This document shows, piece by piece, positions 19,023-27,828 of a DNA stretch of 60,457 bases (its first letter is position 1; each line of letters opens with the position of its first letter). Both the position numbers and the translations under genes were made by a program. The notes under the pieces were generated by a model. That model saw nothing but the letters and a program-made list of their open reading frames with translations. It was not told the DNA's origin and did not search any database. The stretch lies in sequence record SRR20825006_1000. One strand, given 5' to 3'.

Positions 19023-20291
19023 TCAGTTCAGGGGTGCTTCCCACAATCCCAACGCGGGATTCTGCACGAAGTAAAACTCCGACCCGTCGACATCGGTGTG
19101 GAAGCCATCCTCGAGTGAATGAACGTCGTAACGTTTCATCAATGCATCCAAGTCACCCGGCGTGAATCCAACCGAAGCGATCTCTTCATCGGTTAGTTTT
19201 CCAGCTGCGTAAACGACCTCAAATCGGTTCTCCGGAGAACCATGGACCAGGTGAGCGGCCGCCGACGGATCGCCCGCCAAGTCTTCGTTTTCGGCGACCA
19301 ATTGCATCACTTCGGCTTTGGTTCGATAGCCATACTTGCGAATCAATTGGTCAATGCGTGGGTCTTCACCAAACTCTTCCACAGCAGGACCAATGACGGT
19401 CAATCGACCGCCGGTCGCGATCGCTTTCCGGGTTCGGTAGATCGCTTTGTTGCCCAGCCACGTGCTTTTGAACTCATCAGGGTCCAGGTAAGCGACCACG
19501 TGCTGGGGAGCCTTTGGCAAGTGCGTGATATTGACTTTGCGAGCCAGTTCAGCGGCGCGAAAGAACGTTTCGTGATCGTCGCCGATGAAAAGACCTCGCG
19601 TGTGCTTCGTTCCGTCCTTCATCTGCTGAATCACGGTCAACGCGTAGAGCAAAGGCATGTTGTCGCAGAAGTGATCCGAGGCGTAATTCAGGATCTTTCT
19701 CAGCGGCGTGTCAGCGATACCAAGCGTGTCATCGATTCCAACCATCGCGCTGAGGTAGTGACTCTCGTTGATCCCTGACACGCCGCCGGTGCCGACGAAC
19801 ACATTCTTGTTGTAGTTCGCCATTCCGATCACTTCGTGGGGCACAACTTGGCCCAACGAGAAAATCAAATCGTGACCGCCATCTCGCAGCATCTTGTTGA
19901 CCTGCGCGGGCCAACTTTTGGTGTAGATGCCACCGGTGACTTCGCTGACAAAGTCCGCCGGAACCTGCCCCAATTCCACAACGTCCTCTCGCCAACGGTG
20001 CGGACGGAACAAATCGTGTGGCACACCGGGGAACATGTGGTCCAGCTGGGCGGGTTTCATCGGCGTGTGAGTGCCGAGCGCCGGCATGATGTCCTTGACG
20101 CGATCGCCCAACAATTCGTGGCACAGCACCGTGAGTTCGCCTGCGCGGCTGAACAATCGCGTCGCGTCCGGAGGCAACAACAACACACGTTCGGGCCGCT
20201 TGATCGCGTCAAACGTCTGCTTCAGAGCGTCGCGCAGGTCGTCTGTCGTCAGCGATGTGGTTTCCGATCCAACAGAAAAATAAAGAGTCAT
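19023..20291 (-). CDS. Lactate racemase LarA-like (DUF2088) domain protein
   Basis: LLPPDATR, PALGTHTPM, VVPHEVIG motifs typical of LarA-family N-terminal domains. Start MTLYF at 20291. Confidence 0.75.
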   Translation of the reverse strand: MTLYFSVGSETTSLTTDDLRDALKQTFDAIKRPERVLLLPPDATRLFSRAGELTVLCHELLGDRVKDIMPALGTHTPMKPAQLDHMFPGVPHDLFRPHRWREDVVELGQVPADFVSEVTGGIYTKSWPAQVNKMLRDGGHDLIFSLGQVVPHEVIGMANYNKNVFVGTGGVSGINESHYLSAMVGIDDTLGIADTPLRKILNYASDHFCDNMPLLYALTVIQQMKDGTKHTRGLFIGDDHETFFRAAELARKVNITHLPKAPQHVVAYLDPDEFKSTWLGNKAIYRTRKAIATGGRLTVIGPAVEEFGEDPRIDQLIRKYGYRTKAEVMQLVAENEDLAGDPSAAAHLVHGSPENRFEVVYAAGKLTDEEIASVGFTPGDLDALMKRYDVHSLEDGFHTDVDGSEFYFVQNPALGLWEAPLN

Positions 20292-20420
20292 TCGGCTCGC
20301 TCCAGCGACAATTTTGAAGGGTATTGCACACACTCTGCCCCATTAACCCTAAGATTAGGGGTGGTTCCTTCACCGGAACCAAGCCTGTCCTGCTTGCTCA
20401 ACATGAAAGAGGTAGATGCG

Positions 20421-21350
20421 ATGGCCAAGATCTTACTCGTCGAGGACAGTGCAACCCAGGCGGTAGAAATGACGATGCTGCTCCAGGCGGCAAACCACGA
20501 AGTCGTCCATGTCGCCAACGGACAGCTCGGTCTTTCGCACCTGAAAGAACAAGCTCCCGATCTCGTGATCACCGACTTGGAGATGCCCGAAATCAATGGA
20601 CTTCAGTTGGTGGAGAGCATGCGAGCCAACTTCTCGCATATCCCCAGCATCTTGGTCACCAGCCACGGCAGCGAGGAACTGGCCGCCGAAGCCCTTCGTC
20701 GCGGTGCCGCGGGTTACGTGCCCAAAACCCGTATGTCGGATTTGCTCAACGACACCATTGTCGATGTGCTCGGCGTCATCCGCAGCGATGCCTCCTACGC
20801 GAAATTGATTTCGACGCTGAAGAAAAACGTCTTCGTTTTTGATTTGCCATCGGACCCCGAATTGATCTCGCCGTTGGTGGGATTGTTGATGCAGGTCAGT
20901 GCCGGGATGGAACTTTTGCCCAGCATTGAAATGGTGCGACTGGGTGTCGCCGTTGAGCATTCACTGACCAATGCGATGCTGCATGGCAACTTGGAAATTC
21001 CCCGGAACAAACAACCGAGCCATGGACAACTCGCCCGCGAAGGCATGATCAACGACGCGATGAAGGAACGGTTGTCGCAAGAGCCCTACAAAAGCCGAGT
21101 GACACATGTGGAAGCCACCGCTTCTGAACACGCCATTCGCATTGTCATCACCGACCAAGGCCCCGGCTTCGACACGTCCAACGTGCCACAAGCCGGTGAA
21201 CTCGATGCAAGCTCACTCGCCGCCAGTGCCGACGGAGTCGGACAAGCGGACAAACAGGGATTGCTGCTGATTGCCAGCTTTGTTGATCAGATGTGGTTCA
21301 ACGACGAGGGGAATCAGATCACGTTGGTCAAACGTTGCGGTGCCGAGTGA
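20421..21350 (+). CDS. Response regulator: receiver domain fused to an RsbW-like HATPase_c domain
   Basis: ILLVEDS, DLVITDLEMPEING, YVPK; C-terminal NAMLHGN, ITDQGPGFD, GLLLI, FNDEGN; GAGGT SD-like sequence before ATG 20421. Confidence 0.88.
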   Translation: MAKILLVEDSATQAVEMTMLLQAANHEVVHVANGQLGLSHLKEQAPDLVITDLEMPEINGLQLVESMRANFSHIPSILVTSHGSEELAAEALRRGAAGYVPKTRMSDLLNDTIVDVLGVIRSDASYAKLISTLKKNVFVFDLPSDPELISPLVGLLMQVSAGMELLPSIEMVRLGVAVEHSLTNAMLHGNLEIPRNKQPSHGQLAREGMINDAMKERLSQEPYKSRVTHVEATASEHAIRIVITDQGPGFDTSNVPQAGELDASSLAASADGVGQADKQGLLLIASFVDQMWFNDEGNQITLVKRCGAE

Positions 21351-21354
21351 ACCG

Positions 21355-23886
21355 ATGAGTAGCGTCTCCGAGTTCCAAACATCTTCAACCTATCGCGCGC
21401 TTGCCAATGCGTTGCCGCTGAACCTGCTGATCAAGGCTGCGGATGGACGGCGTGTCTTCGCCAATGATTCGTACCTGAAATGGCGGGGCGTCACTTGGCA
21501 AGAACTCGCCGGCAAACATGACGAAGATCTGTTTCCGCCGGACATCGCTCGAAAGTATCGCGAAGACGACCAGAAGGTCATGCAGACGGGCGAGTCACTG
21601 CACAGCGTCGAATCGGCAAAATTGGCGGACGACTCGATCGGATGGATCGAACGCGTCAAAACTGCAGTGCATGATCATCATGGCAACTTACTCGGCGTGC
21701 AGGTTTTGTTTTGGGACGTGACCGCGAAAGTCGAAGAAGAAAAGGCGACGCAGTTCGAGCAGTCATTGCTGAAAACGCTCCTCGCCAACATTCCCGATTC
21801 GATCTACTTCAAAGACATCGACAGCCGTTTCATTCGTGTCAGTCACGCGATGGCGATGAAGTTTGGCCGGGCCAGTGTCGACGAAGTTCACGGCCGAACC
21901 GACGCGGACATTTTCACTCCCGAGCACGCCGAAGGTGCACGGCTGGACGAACTGCGTGTGATCGAAACGGGCGAGGCACTCGTTGACCGAGTCGAACGCG
22001 AAACGTGGCCGGATCGAGAAGACACGTGGTGCATGACGACCAAAATGCCGCTGCGGAATGACACCGGCGAAATCATCGGCACGTTTGGAATTTCCCGCGA
22101 CATCACGGACCTCAAACGTTCCGAAGCTGCACTGCATGAAGCGGTCCGAATGGCCGACGCCGCGAACCGTTCCAAGAGCGAATTTCTGGCGAACATGAGC
22201 CACGAAATTCGCACGCCGATGAACGCTTTGATCGGAATGGCGGATCTACTGTCACAAACGAAGCTCGATCCGGACCAACAGGACTACGTTCAAATCATTC
22301 AAGAATCATCCAATGGTTTGCTTCGGCTGATCAACGACATTCTGGATTTTTCCAAGATCGAGGCCCGACGACTCGAACTGGAATCGGTACCGTTCTCGCT
22401 CGGCAAAACAATCGAATCGACTCTGCGATCGTTCTCTTTCAAAGCGTCCGAAAAAGGCTTGGAACTGCAACGCGACATCTCGCCGGAATTGCCTGATCGA
22501 TTGATTGGTGACCCGGGACGAGTCCGCCAAGTGCTGACCAATCTGATCGGCAACGCGATCAAATTCACCGACCACGGTGGTGTCCGTGTACGAGTCGAAG
22601 TGCTTCGCCGAGAAGAACTCGCCGATCGTGATCTCGCTGCGACACCCAGTGGTCGCGAATCGCCTGAACGCGATGACATGGTCGAACTTCGACTGAGTGT
22701 TTGCGATTCGGGTATCGGGATTCCTCCCGCACAACAAGACGCCGTTCTCAATCCCTTCACTCAAGCGGATGCTTCGACAACGCGACGTTTTGGTGGCACC
22801 GGACTGGGCCTGAGCATCAGTCGTCAATTGGTGGAATTGATGGGCGGTGAACTGCAGTTGCAAAGCGAAGTTGGCGTTGGCACTACATTTTCGTTTCAAC
22901 TTAAAATGCCGGTTTGCCCAGCGTCGATGCCGAATGAAGTCGACGACGAAGAGGAAGACCTTGGTGGTCCCGCTCGCCAACGACTCGCGCCACTCCATGT
23001 GTTGGTCGCCGAGGACGGCGTGACCAACCAACACGTCATCGCCGGTTTGCTGCGTTCACTCGGCCACAAGTGTTCGATCGCAAGCGACGGCCGAGAAACG
23101 TTGACAAAGTGGCGATCCGAATCGTACGACGTTGTCTTGATGGACATGCATATGCCCGTGATGGATGGGCTGGAAGCGACCCGTGCCATCCGGCAAGAGG
23201 AATGGGGCACCGAGCGTCATACACCGATCGTTGCTCTAACCGCCGCGGCGATGAGCGAAGACGCTGCCGCTTGTCGCGAAGCTGGCATGGACAGTTACCT
23301 CACCAAACCAATCCACAGTCGTAAACTTCGTGACGCGTTGACGCCCTACCAACGAGAGTTGCCTCCCGCCGACGACGGGTCACACGACGAAACATTGGAA
23401 CAAACTTTTTCGCCAGCCGCCCATCTGGCCACCGAGCAGGACTCGACCACGATCAACGCTGCTCACGCCGCATTCCCGTCAATGGGGTCCACCTCCGATG
23501 CGATCTCGCTCTCACCAGAAAACATTGGTTGCCTGGATCTTGATTCGGCCCGCTCACGCATTCCAGGCGGAACGGCTGGCGTCCTGCGACTGGCATTTGT
23601 ATTTCGAACCGAATGCGCTCAGTTGGTGGATCAACTCAGCAATGAAATTCCCGCGGGCCTGAACGATGAAGCACGTCGGAACGCACACACACTGAAAGGA
23701 GCCTGCGGATTGCTCGGCGCCAAACAACTTCAGGAAGCAGCCGAACGCATTGAGGAAGCCGGCCGAGAAAATCGCGTGCAAGATTCGCCTGAACTGCTCG
23801 CCGAATTGCAACACGAAGCCGAACGAGTCCTACGAGCGATCGACGAACTGCTCAGCCAATCCGACAATGCTGATCAACCAAAGTGA
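21355..23886 (+). CDS. Cytoplasmic hybrid sensor histidine kinase PAS-PAS-HisKA-HATPase-REC-Hpt
   Basis: Two PAS/PAC repeats; FLANMSHEIRTPMN; NLIGNAIKFT; DSGIGI; GGTGLGL; LMDMHMPVMDG; AHTLKG; no TM helices seen. Confidence 0.95.
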   Translation: MSSVSEFQTSSTYRALANALPLNLLIKAADGRRVFANDSYLKWRGVTWQELAGKHDEDLFPPDIARKYREDDQKVMQTGESLHSVESAKLADDSIGWIERVKTAVHDHHGNLLGVQVLFWDVTAKVEEEKATQFEQSLLKTLLANIPDSIYFKDIDSRFIRVSHAMAMKFGRASVDEVHGRTDADIFTPEHAEGARLDELRVIETGEALVDRVERETWPDREDTWCMTTKMPLRNDTGEIIGTFGISRDITDLKRSEAALHEAVRMADAANRSKSEFLANMSHEIRTPMNALIGMADLLSQTKLDPDQQDYVQIIQESSNGLLRLINDILDFSKIEARRLELESVPFSLGKTIESTLRSFSFKASEKGLELQRDISPELPDRLIGDPGRVRQVLTNLIGNAIKFTDHGGVRVRVEVLRREELADRDLAATPSGRESPERDDMVELRLSVCDSGIGIPPAQQDAVLNPFTQADASTTRRFGGTGLGLSISRQLVELMGGELQLQSEVGVGTTFSFQLKMPVCPASMPNEVDDEEEDLGGPARQRLAPLHVLVAEDGVTNQHVIAGLLRSLGHKCSIASDGRETLTKWRSESYDVVLMDMHMPVMDGLEATRAIRQEEWGTERHTPIVALTAAAMSEDAAACREAGMDSYLTKPIHSRKLRDALTPYQRELPPADDGSHDETLEQTFSPAAHLATEQDSTTINAAHAAFPSMGSTSDAISLSPENIGCLDLDSARSRIPGGTAGVLRLAFVFRTECAQLVDQLSNEIPAGLNDEARRNAHTLKGACGLLGAKQLQEAAERIEEAGRENRVQDSPELLAELQHEAERVLRAIDELLSQSDNADQPK

Positions 23887-23997
23887 GCCCTGATCGCACC
23901 AGACTATCGAAATGGATGACCTGCGATTCGTTCCGTCACCTCCACCTGCCCCATACGTGCTTCTCGTCGTACGTGCATGCATGACGAACCGAAACGA

Positions 23998-26940
23998 CTA
24001 CAAATTTCTCAATCGCTTTGCGTTTGCCGGCGTGTCGGCCCAAGCGGGATCGATCGTCTGCCCCGCCCGTGCCGCTGCGATCAAGTGATCGACCAACACC
24101 TCCGTTGACTCACCGCGAATTTCGGAGATTTGCTGCAACGTGTAGCCGTCCCGGCATAGTTTCCAGGTCCAGTACTCGTTTCGCCACGCGGATGGATCAA
24201 CGACCTTTTCATCGGTGCGATCAGCAGCAGGGCTCGGTTGCGGATCGACAGCGGGTGACTCGGCAGGCTCGCTCGGTTTCACCGAATGGTTCGAAGGCGG
24301 CGTGGCTGATTTTGGTGGGCAGTCAATCTCGTGCTCTGCCAGTGTATTGGCGATCAACTCAAGTAGATCGCTGCCGTACGCCTCAATGAACTCACTGGAA
24401 ATTCCTGACACCGCTTCCAATTGCGTCGCATTGGCAGGCTTGGATTCAATCACCCGTTTGATCGTTGACTCAGACAGAATCCGGTGCGGCGCGACATTCA
24501 ACGCTGCCGATCGTTTGCGGCGAAAACGCTTGATCCGGTCCGAAAGATCTTGGTCGAGCAACTGCTCGGCATCGTCCGAGGTCAATGGCTCGGCCGCGAC
24601 CACGCTTGCTTCGGTTTTAGAACTTTCCTGTTGTGGCGATGGTCGCTCAGGTTGCTTCGGCGGAACATCCATAACCGCCGAGACGGTTGGCTCGATGTCA
24701 CCGGGCTCTTCCTCGGCAACATCACCCGATTCGATCTTGCTGGCGACCTTGGCCAGCTTCTTCGCAAGTGGAAACTTCAATTGCAAAGATGGCGGCAACG
24801 GCACCTGTCCATTCATCACTTGGCGACCGAGGTCCGTCATGTGCACGGTTGGTCGCCGCTCGTTCAACTCTTTCTGGTCCAACAACCCGACGGTCAATAA
24901 CGAATCCATTGCGTCGGTCAGCTCGCCTTGCTTCAATCCCGTCAGCATTCCGTAGGTACTCAGTCGACTCAGCCGCAACTGCGTCACCTTTTTGTTCTTT
25001 GACCCGGCGAGCATTTGTGCGATCAGGTTCTTCCCCAATCGTCCGTGTGTTCGGGTGACTCCGCTGAGGATGACACGAATGGCGGTTGTCAGTGCGGTCA
25101 TATCGATGCCGGCTTGCTCGCTCAACGCCCCCACCGAACCACTCTCTCCGAGCGTCTTCGCCGTCGTCAAATTCGAGCCGAGCTTCGACGGATCTACCTT
25201 TGGCATACAATCGCCGGCGGGATCGCAGTGGTCGCATCGACCACAATTTTCCGCATTCGGATCGCCAAAGTAATTCAGAATGACATGCTGACGACACGAA
25301 GTTGAACGAGCGAACTGGATCACAGAATCCAATTTTTCGTACTCGGCTTGCTTTCGCCTGGCCAATTCTTCGAAGTCAATCTTCAACTGATTGAATGGAA
25401 CATCCCGCCGCATGATATGAACGGCGCGCCCTCGAAATGGCGGGATGTAATCGAACGACTTCAGCTTCGTCAGTTCCCGCAGCGTTCGCGTCAATTGAAC
25501 CCGTTCCACGTCGGCTCGTGTTGCCAAGTAGCTCAATCGAACAAAGACGTCTTCCCCGCGGCGAGGTCCAACGATCTTCTCGATCGCCGTCATGACTTGA
25601 CGCTTCAACTTGGCTTCACGCGGCAAGAAATCAAGCAGTGTTGGCACGTCGCTATCAATTCGCAGCACCGCTTGGTTGGCGCTCGCGTCCAAACGTCGAA
25701 GAGCACCTGCCTTGGATAGCAACGTTTCCGAAGTCCCGATCGCTTCGCTGCCGTCGCGAACACCGATCGCTTCCCGCACCTGATCCAATGTCAGCTCAAT
25801 CGGGTCTTCCTCACGCGAGAGCAGGTACTCGTAAACCTTCTTCACCGTTTCCCGTGAGGGGTAACGGTTCTCGATGAAGAACTCTTGGATCTGACGATCG
25901 GAGTAAGCGAACAACAGAAGACACTGGCTCATCTCCCCGTCGCGTCCGGCTCGGCCTGCTTCCTGATAGTACGCCTCCAACGAACCCGGCATGTTGTAGT
26001 GCACCACAAACCGGATGTCCGATTTGTCGATGCCCATCCCAAACGCGTTGGTCGCAACGATTGCGGACAAGTCTCCTTTCATGAACGCTTCTTGCACGCG
26101 GCGTCGCTCGTCCGGATGCATGCCAGCGTGGTACACGCCGACCTTGCGTCCGGTCTTTTCCGGCAACCATTCCGCGATTTCTTCGCAACGTTTGCGTGTC
26201 GCGCCATAGATGATGCCAGCACCGGGCTGCTTCGACAGATAATCACGCAGTGCGTTTTGCTTGGCGACATCGTTGTTGCATGGCGTGACCGTGAACCGCA
26301 AATTGGTTCGCGCAAAACCGGTCACGAAAACACGCGGTTGTTTCAGGTTCAACAACTCACAAATGTCGTCGCGAACCGTCGGCGTTGCCGTCGCGGTCAA
26401 TCCGATCGTTTGAACGCCACCCAAATAGCGATCTCGGAATCGTCCGAGACGCGAATAATCGGGGCGAAAGTCGTGGCCCCATTCGCTCACGCAGTGTGCT
26501 TCATCGACTGCCAACAAACTCACGTTGGCTTTGGGAACCACGTCTAAGAAACGACCGTTCCTCAATCGCTCGGGAGCCACATAAATCAGATCCAACTTCC
26601 CCGCGGCCATTTCTTCCATGACGGATTCTTGTTGCCCGGGCGATTGCGTGCTGTTGAGCAATCGAGCTTGGATGCCTCGCCGCTGGAGCGTGTCGACTTG
26701 ATCCTTCATCAACGCAATCAGAGGCGAAACGACAATGGTGGTTCCTTCGCGAGCCAGCGACGGCAGCTGATAACACAGACTTTTTCCGCCGCCGGTTGGC
26801 ATCACGCAAAGACAATCCGTCCCCGCGGCCAAAGCATCGACGACATCGCGTTGGCCGGGCCGAAACTCTTTCAGACCAAAGCGTGGCAGCAGCGATTCAG
26901 GATCGATGGACGGATTGGAATTGGATGCGAGAGACGACAT
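23998..26940 (-). CDS. recQ: RecQ-family ATP-dependent DNA helicase, extended
   Basis: MPTGGGKSLCYQ, VDEAHCVSEWGHDFRP, TATA, ATNAFGMGIDK, QEAGRAGRDG, Zn motif CR..NCGRCDHC, RQC, HRDC and a C-terminal HTH. Confidence 0.93.
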   Translation of the reverse strand: MSSLASNSNPSIDPESLLPRFGLKEFRPGQRDVVDALAAGTDCLCVMPTGGGKSLCYQLPSLAREGTTIVVSPLIALMKDQVDTLQRRGIQARLLNSTQSPGQQESVMEEMAAGKLDLIYVAPERLRNGRFLDVVPKANVSLLAVDEAHCVSEWGHDFRPDYSRLGRFRDRYLGGVQTIGLTATATPTVRDDICELLNLKQPRVFVTGFARTNLRFTVTPCNNDVAKQNALRDYLSKQPGAGIIYGATRKRCEEIAEWLPEKTGRKVGVYHAGMHPDERRRVQEAFMKGDLSAIVATNAFGMGIDKSDIRFVVHYNMPGSLEAYYQEAGRAGRDGEMSQCLLLFAYSDRQIQEFFIENRYPSRETVKKVYEYLLSREEDPIELTLDQVREAIGVRDGSEAIGTSETLLSKAGALRRLDASANQAVLRIDSDVPTLLDFLPREAKLKRQVMTAIEKIVGPRRGEDVFVRLSYLATRADVERVQLTRTLRELTKLKSFDYIPPFRGRAVHIMRRDVPFNQLKIDFEELARRKQAEYEKLDSVIQFARSTSCRQHVILNYFGDPNAENCGRCDHCDPAGDCMPKVDPSKLGSNLTTAKTLGESGSVGALSEQAGIDMTALTTAIRVILSGVTRTHGRLGKNLIAQMLAGSKNKKVTQLRLSRLSTYGMLTGLKQGELTDAMDSLLTVGLLDQKELNERRPTVHMTDLGRQVMNGQVPLPPSLQLKFPLAKKLAKVASKIESGDVAEEEPGDIEPTVSAVMDVPPKQPERPSPQQESSKTEASVVAAEPLTSDDAEQLLDQDLSDRIKRFRRKRSAALNVAPHRILSESTIKRVIESKPANATQLEAVSGISSEFIEAYGSDLLELIANTLAEHEIDCPPKSATPPSNHSVKPSEPAESPAVDPQPSPAADRTDEKVVDPSAWRNEYWTWKLCRDGYTLQQISEIRGESTEVLVDHLIAAARAGQTIDPAWADTPANAKRLRNL

Positions 26941-27082
26941 CCGATCTTTCGTTCGGTGGGTATTTGGCGGGCAAGAATGAATCGCGTCCCAGCGACGCAT
27001 TGCCATCTTCCGCGATGCGGCCCATTTTTGCCACCTCGACTCGACCCGATACGCTCAGAGCTCGCCTTCTGCGCTGGCGCAC

Positions 27083-27125
27083 AAAAAAAAACCACCCCGC
27101 TGAAGAACAGGCGGGATGGCTTTTT
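27083..27125 (-). terminator. Intrinsic terminator after the DUF3467-like gene
   Basis: Minus strand GCCATCCCGCCTG-TTCTT-CAGCGGGGTGGT followed by T8; a T5 tract on the other side suggests it may be bidirectional. Confidence 0.8.
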
Positions 27126-27148
27126 GAATCTCAATTCTTGCGGGTCGA

Positions 27149-27538
27149 TTACGACTTCGCAGGTGCTTGCTGTTGTTGCAGGCCTGGACGAACGCGTTTG
27201 TTGATGTCCGTTTCCAGAACACCGAAGACGGATTCGTGACGGGCAACCGACATTTGCAAAGCAGCGAGCAAACGTTTCGCGGTGAAGAAGTTCACGATGA
27301 TACGTTGCTTGACTTGGATGGGGTCCTTTGGCACACCGATCGGCTGTGGGTTCAGACCGAAGTCGATGATCAACTCCTCGGGCGAACCAGTCACGCGGCA
27401 GAAGTTCGCGTAGGTTGCGACAGCGTTGTCGTCGTTAACCTGAACTTGAACTGGGGCCTGAGCTTGAGTTTGTGCTTTCTCAGCGGGAGCGGCCTTCTCT
27501 GCGGCGGGGGCTTCAGCCGTCTTGGTTTCGTCTGCCAT
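27149..27538 (-). CDS. DUF3467-like small protein
   Basis: YANFCRVTGSPEELIIDFG...RIIVNFFTAKRLLAAL...HESVFGVLE pattern; start MADETK. Confidence 0.8.
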   Translation of the reverse strand: MADETKTAEAPAAEKAAPAEKAQTQAQAPVQVQVNDDNAVATYANFCRVTGSPEELIIDFGLNPQPIGVPKDPIQVKQRIIVNFFTAKRLLAALQMSVARHESVFGVLETDINKRVRPGLQQQQAPAKS

Positions 27539-27828
27539 CAAATTCTCCAAAAAATCAAAAGGGAAACAGGTAAGTTGAGATTCGCGTGTTTGGGGCCAAT
27601 GTAGTGATCCCCCCCAACGTCGCAACGCGAAAGCGACTAGCGGGGATCAAGAATCCGTTTTTTTGGTTTGTCTTCAAAAGCCAAACGTTAAACCACGTCA
27701 AATGGAAAGGATGGTGGAAGCCTAGCTCACTCAAGAGCGGTTGGCAGAAAAGTATCAGGACCTTTTGTACAAAGCGGTCGGTGGACCGTTCCGGCAATAA
27801 CACCTGACTCTTTTTTCTCCTTGTTCAC

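Noticed and set aside
19836-20420. N-terminal extension of the 504-aa response regulator ORF
   Set aside because: Antisense to the LarA-like gene; the receiver domain and an SD-like sequence mark ATG 20421 as the start.
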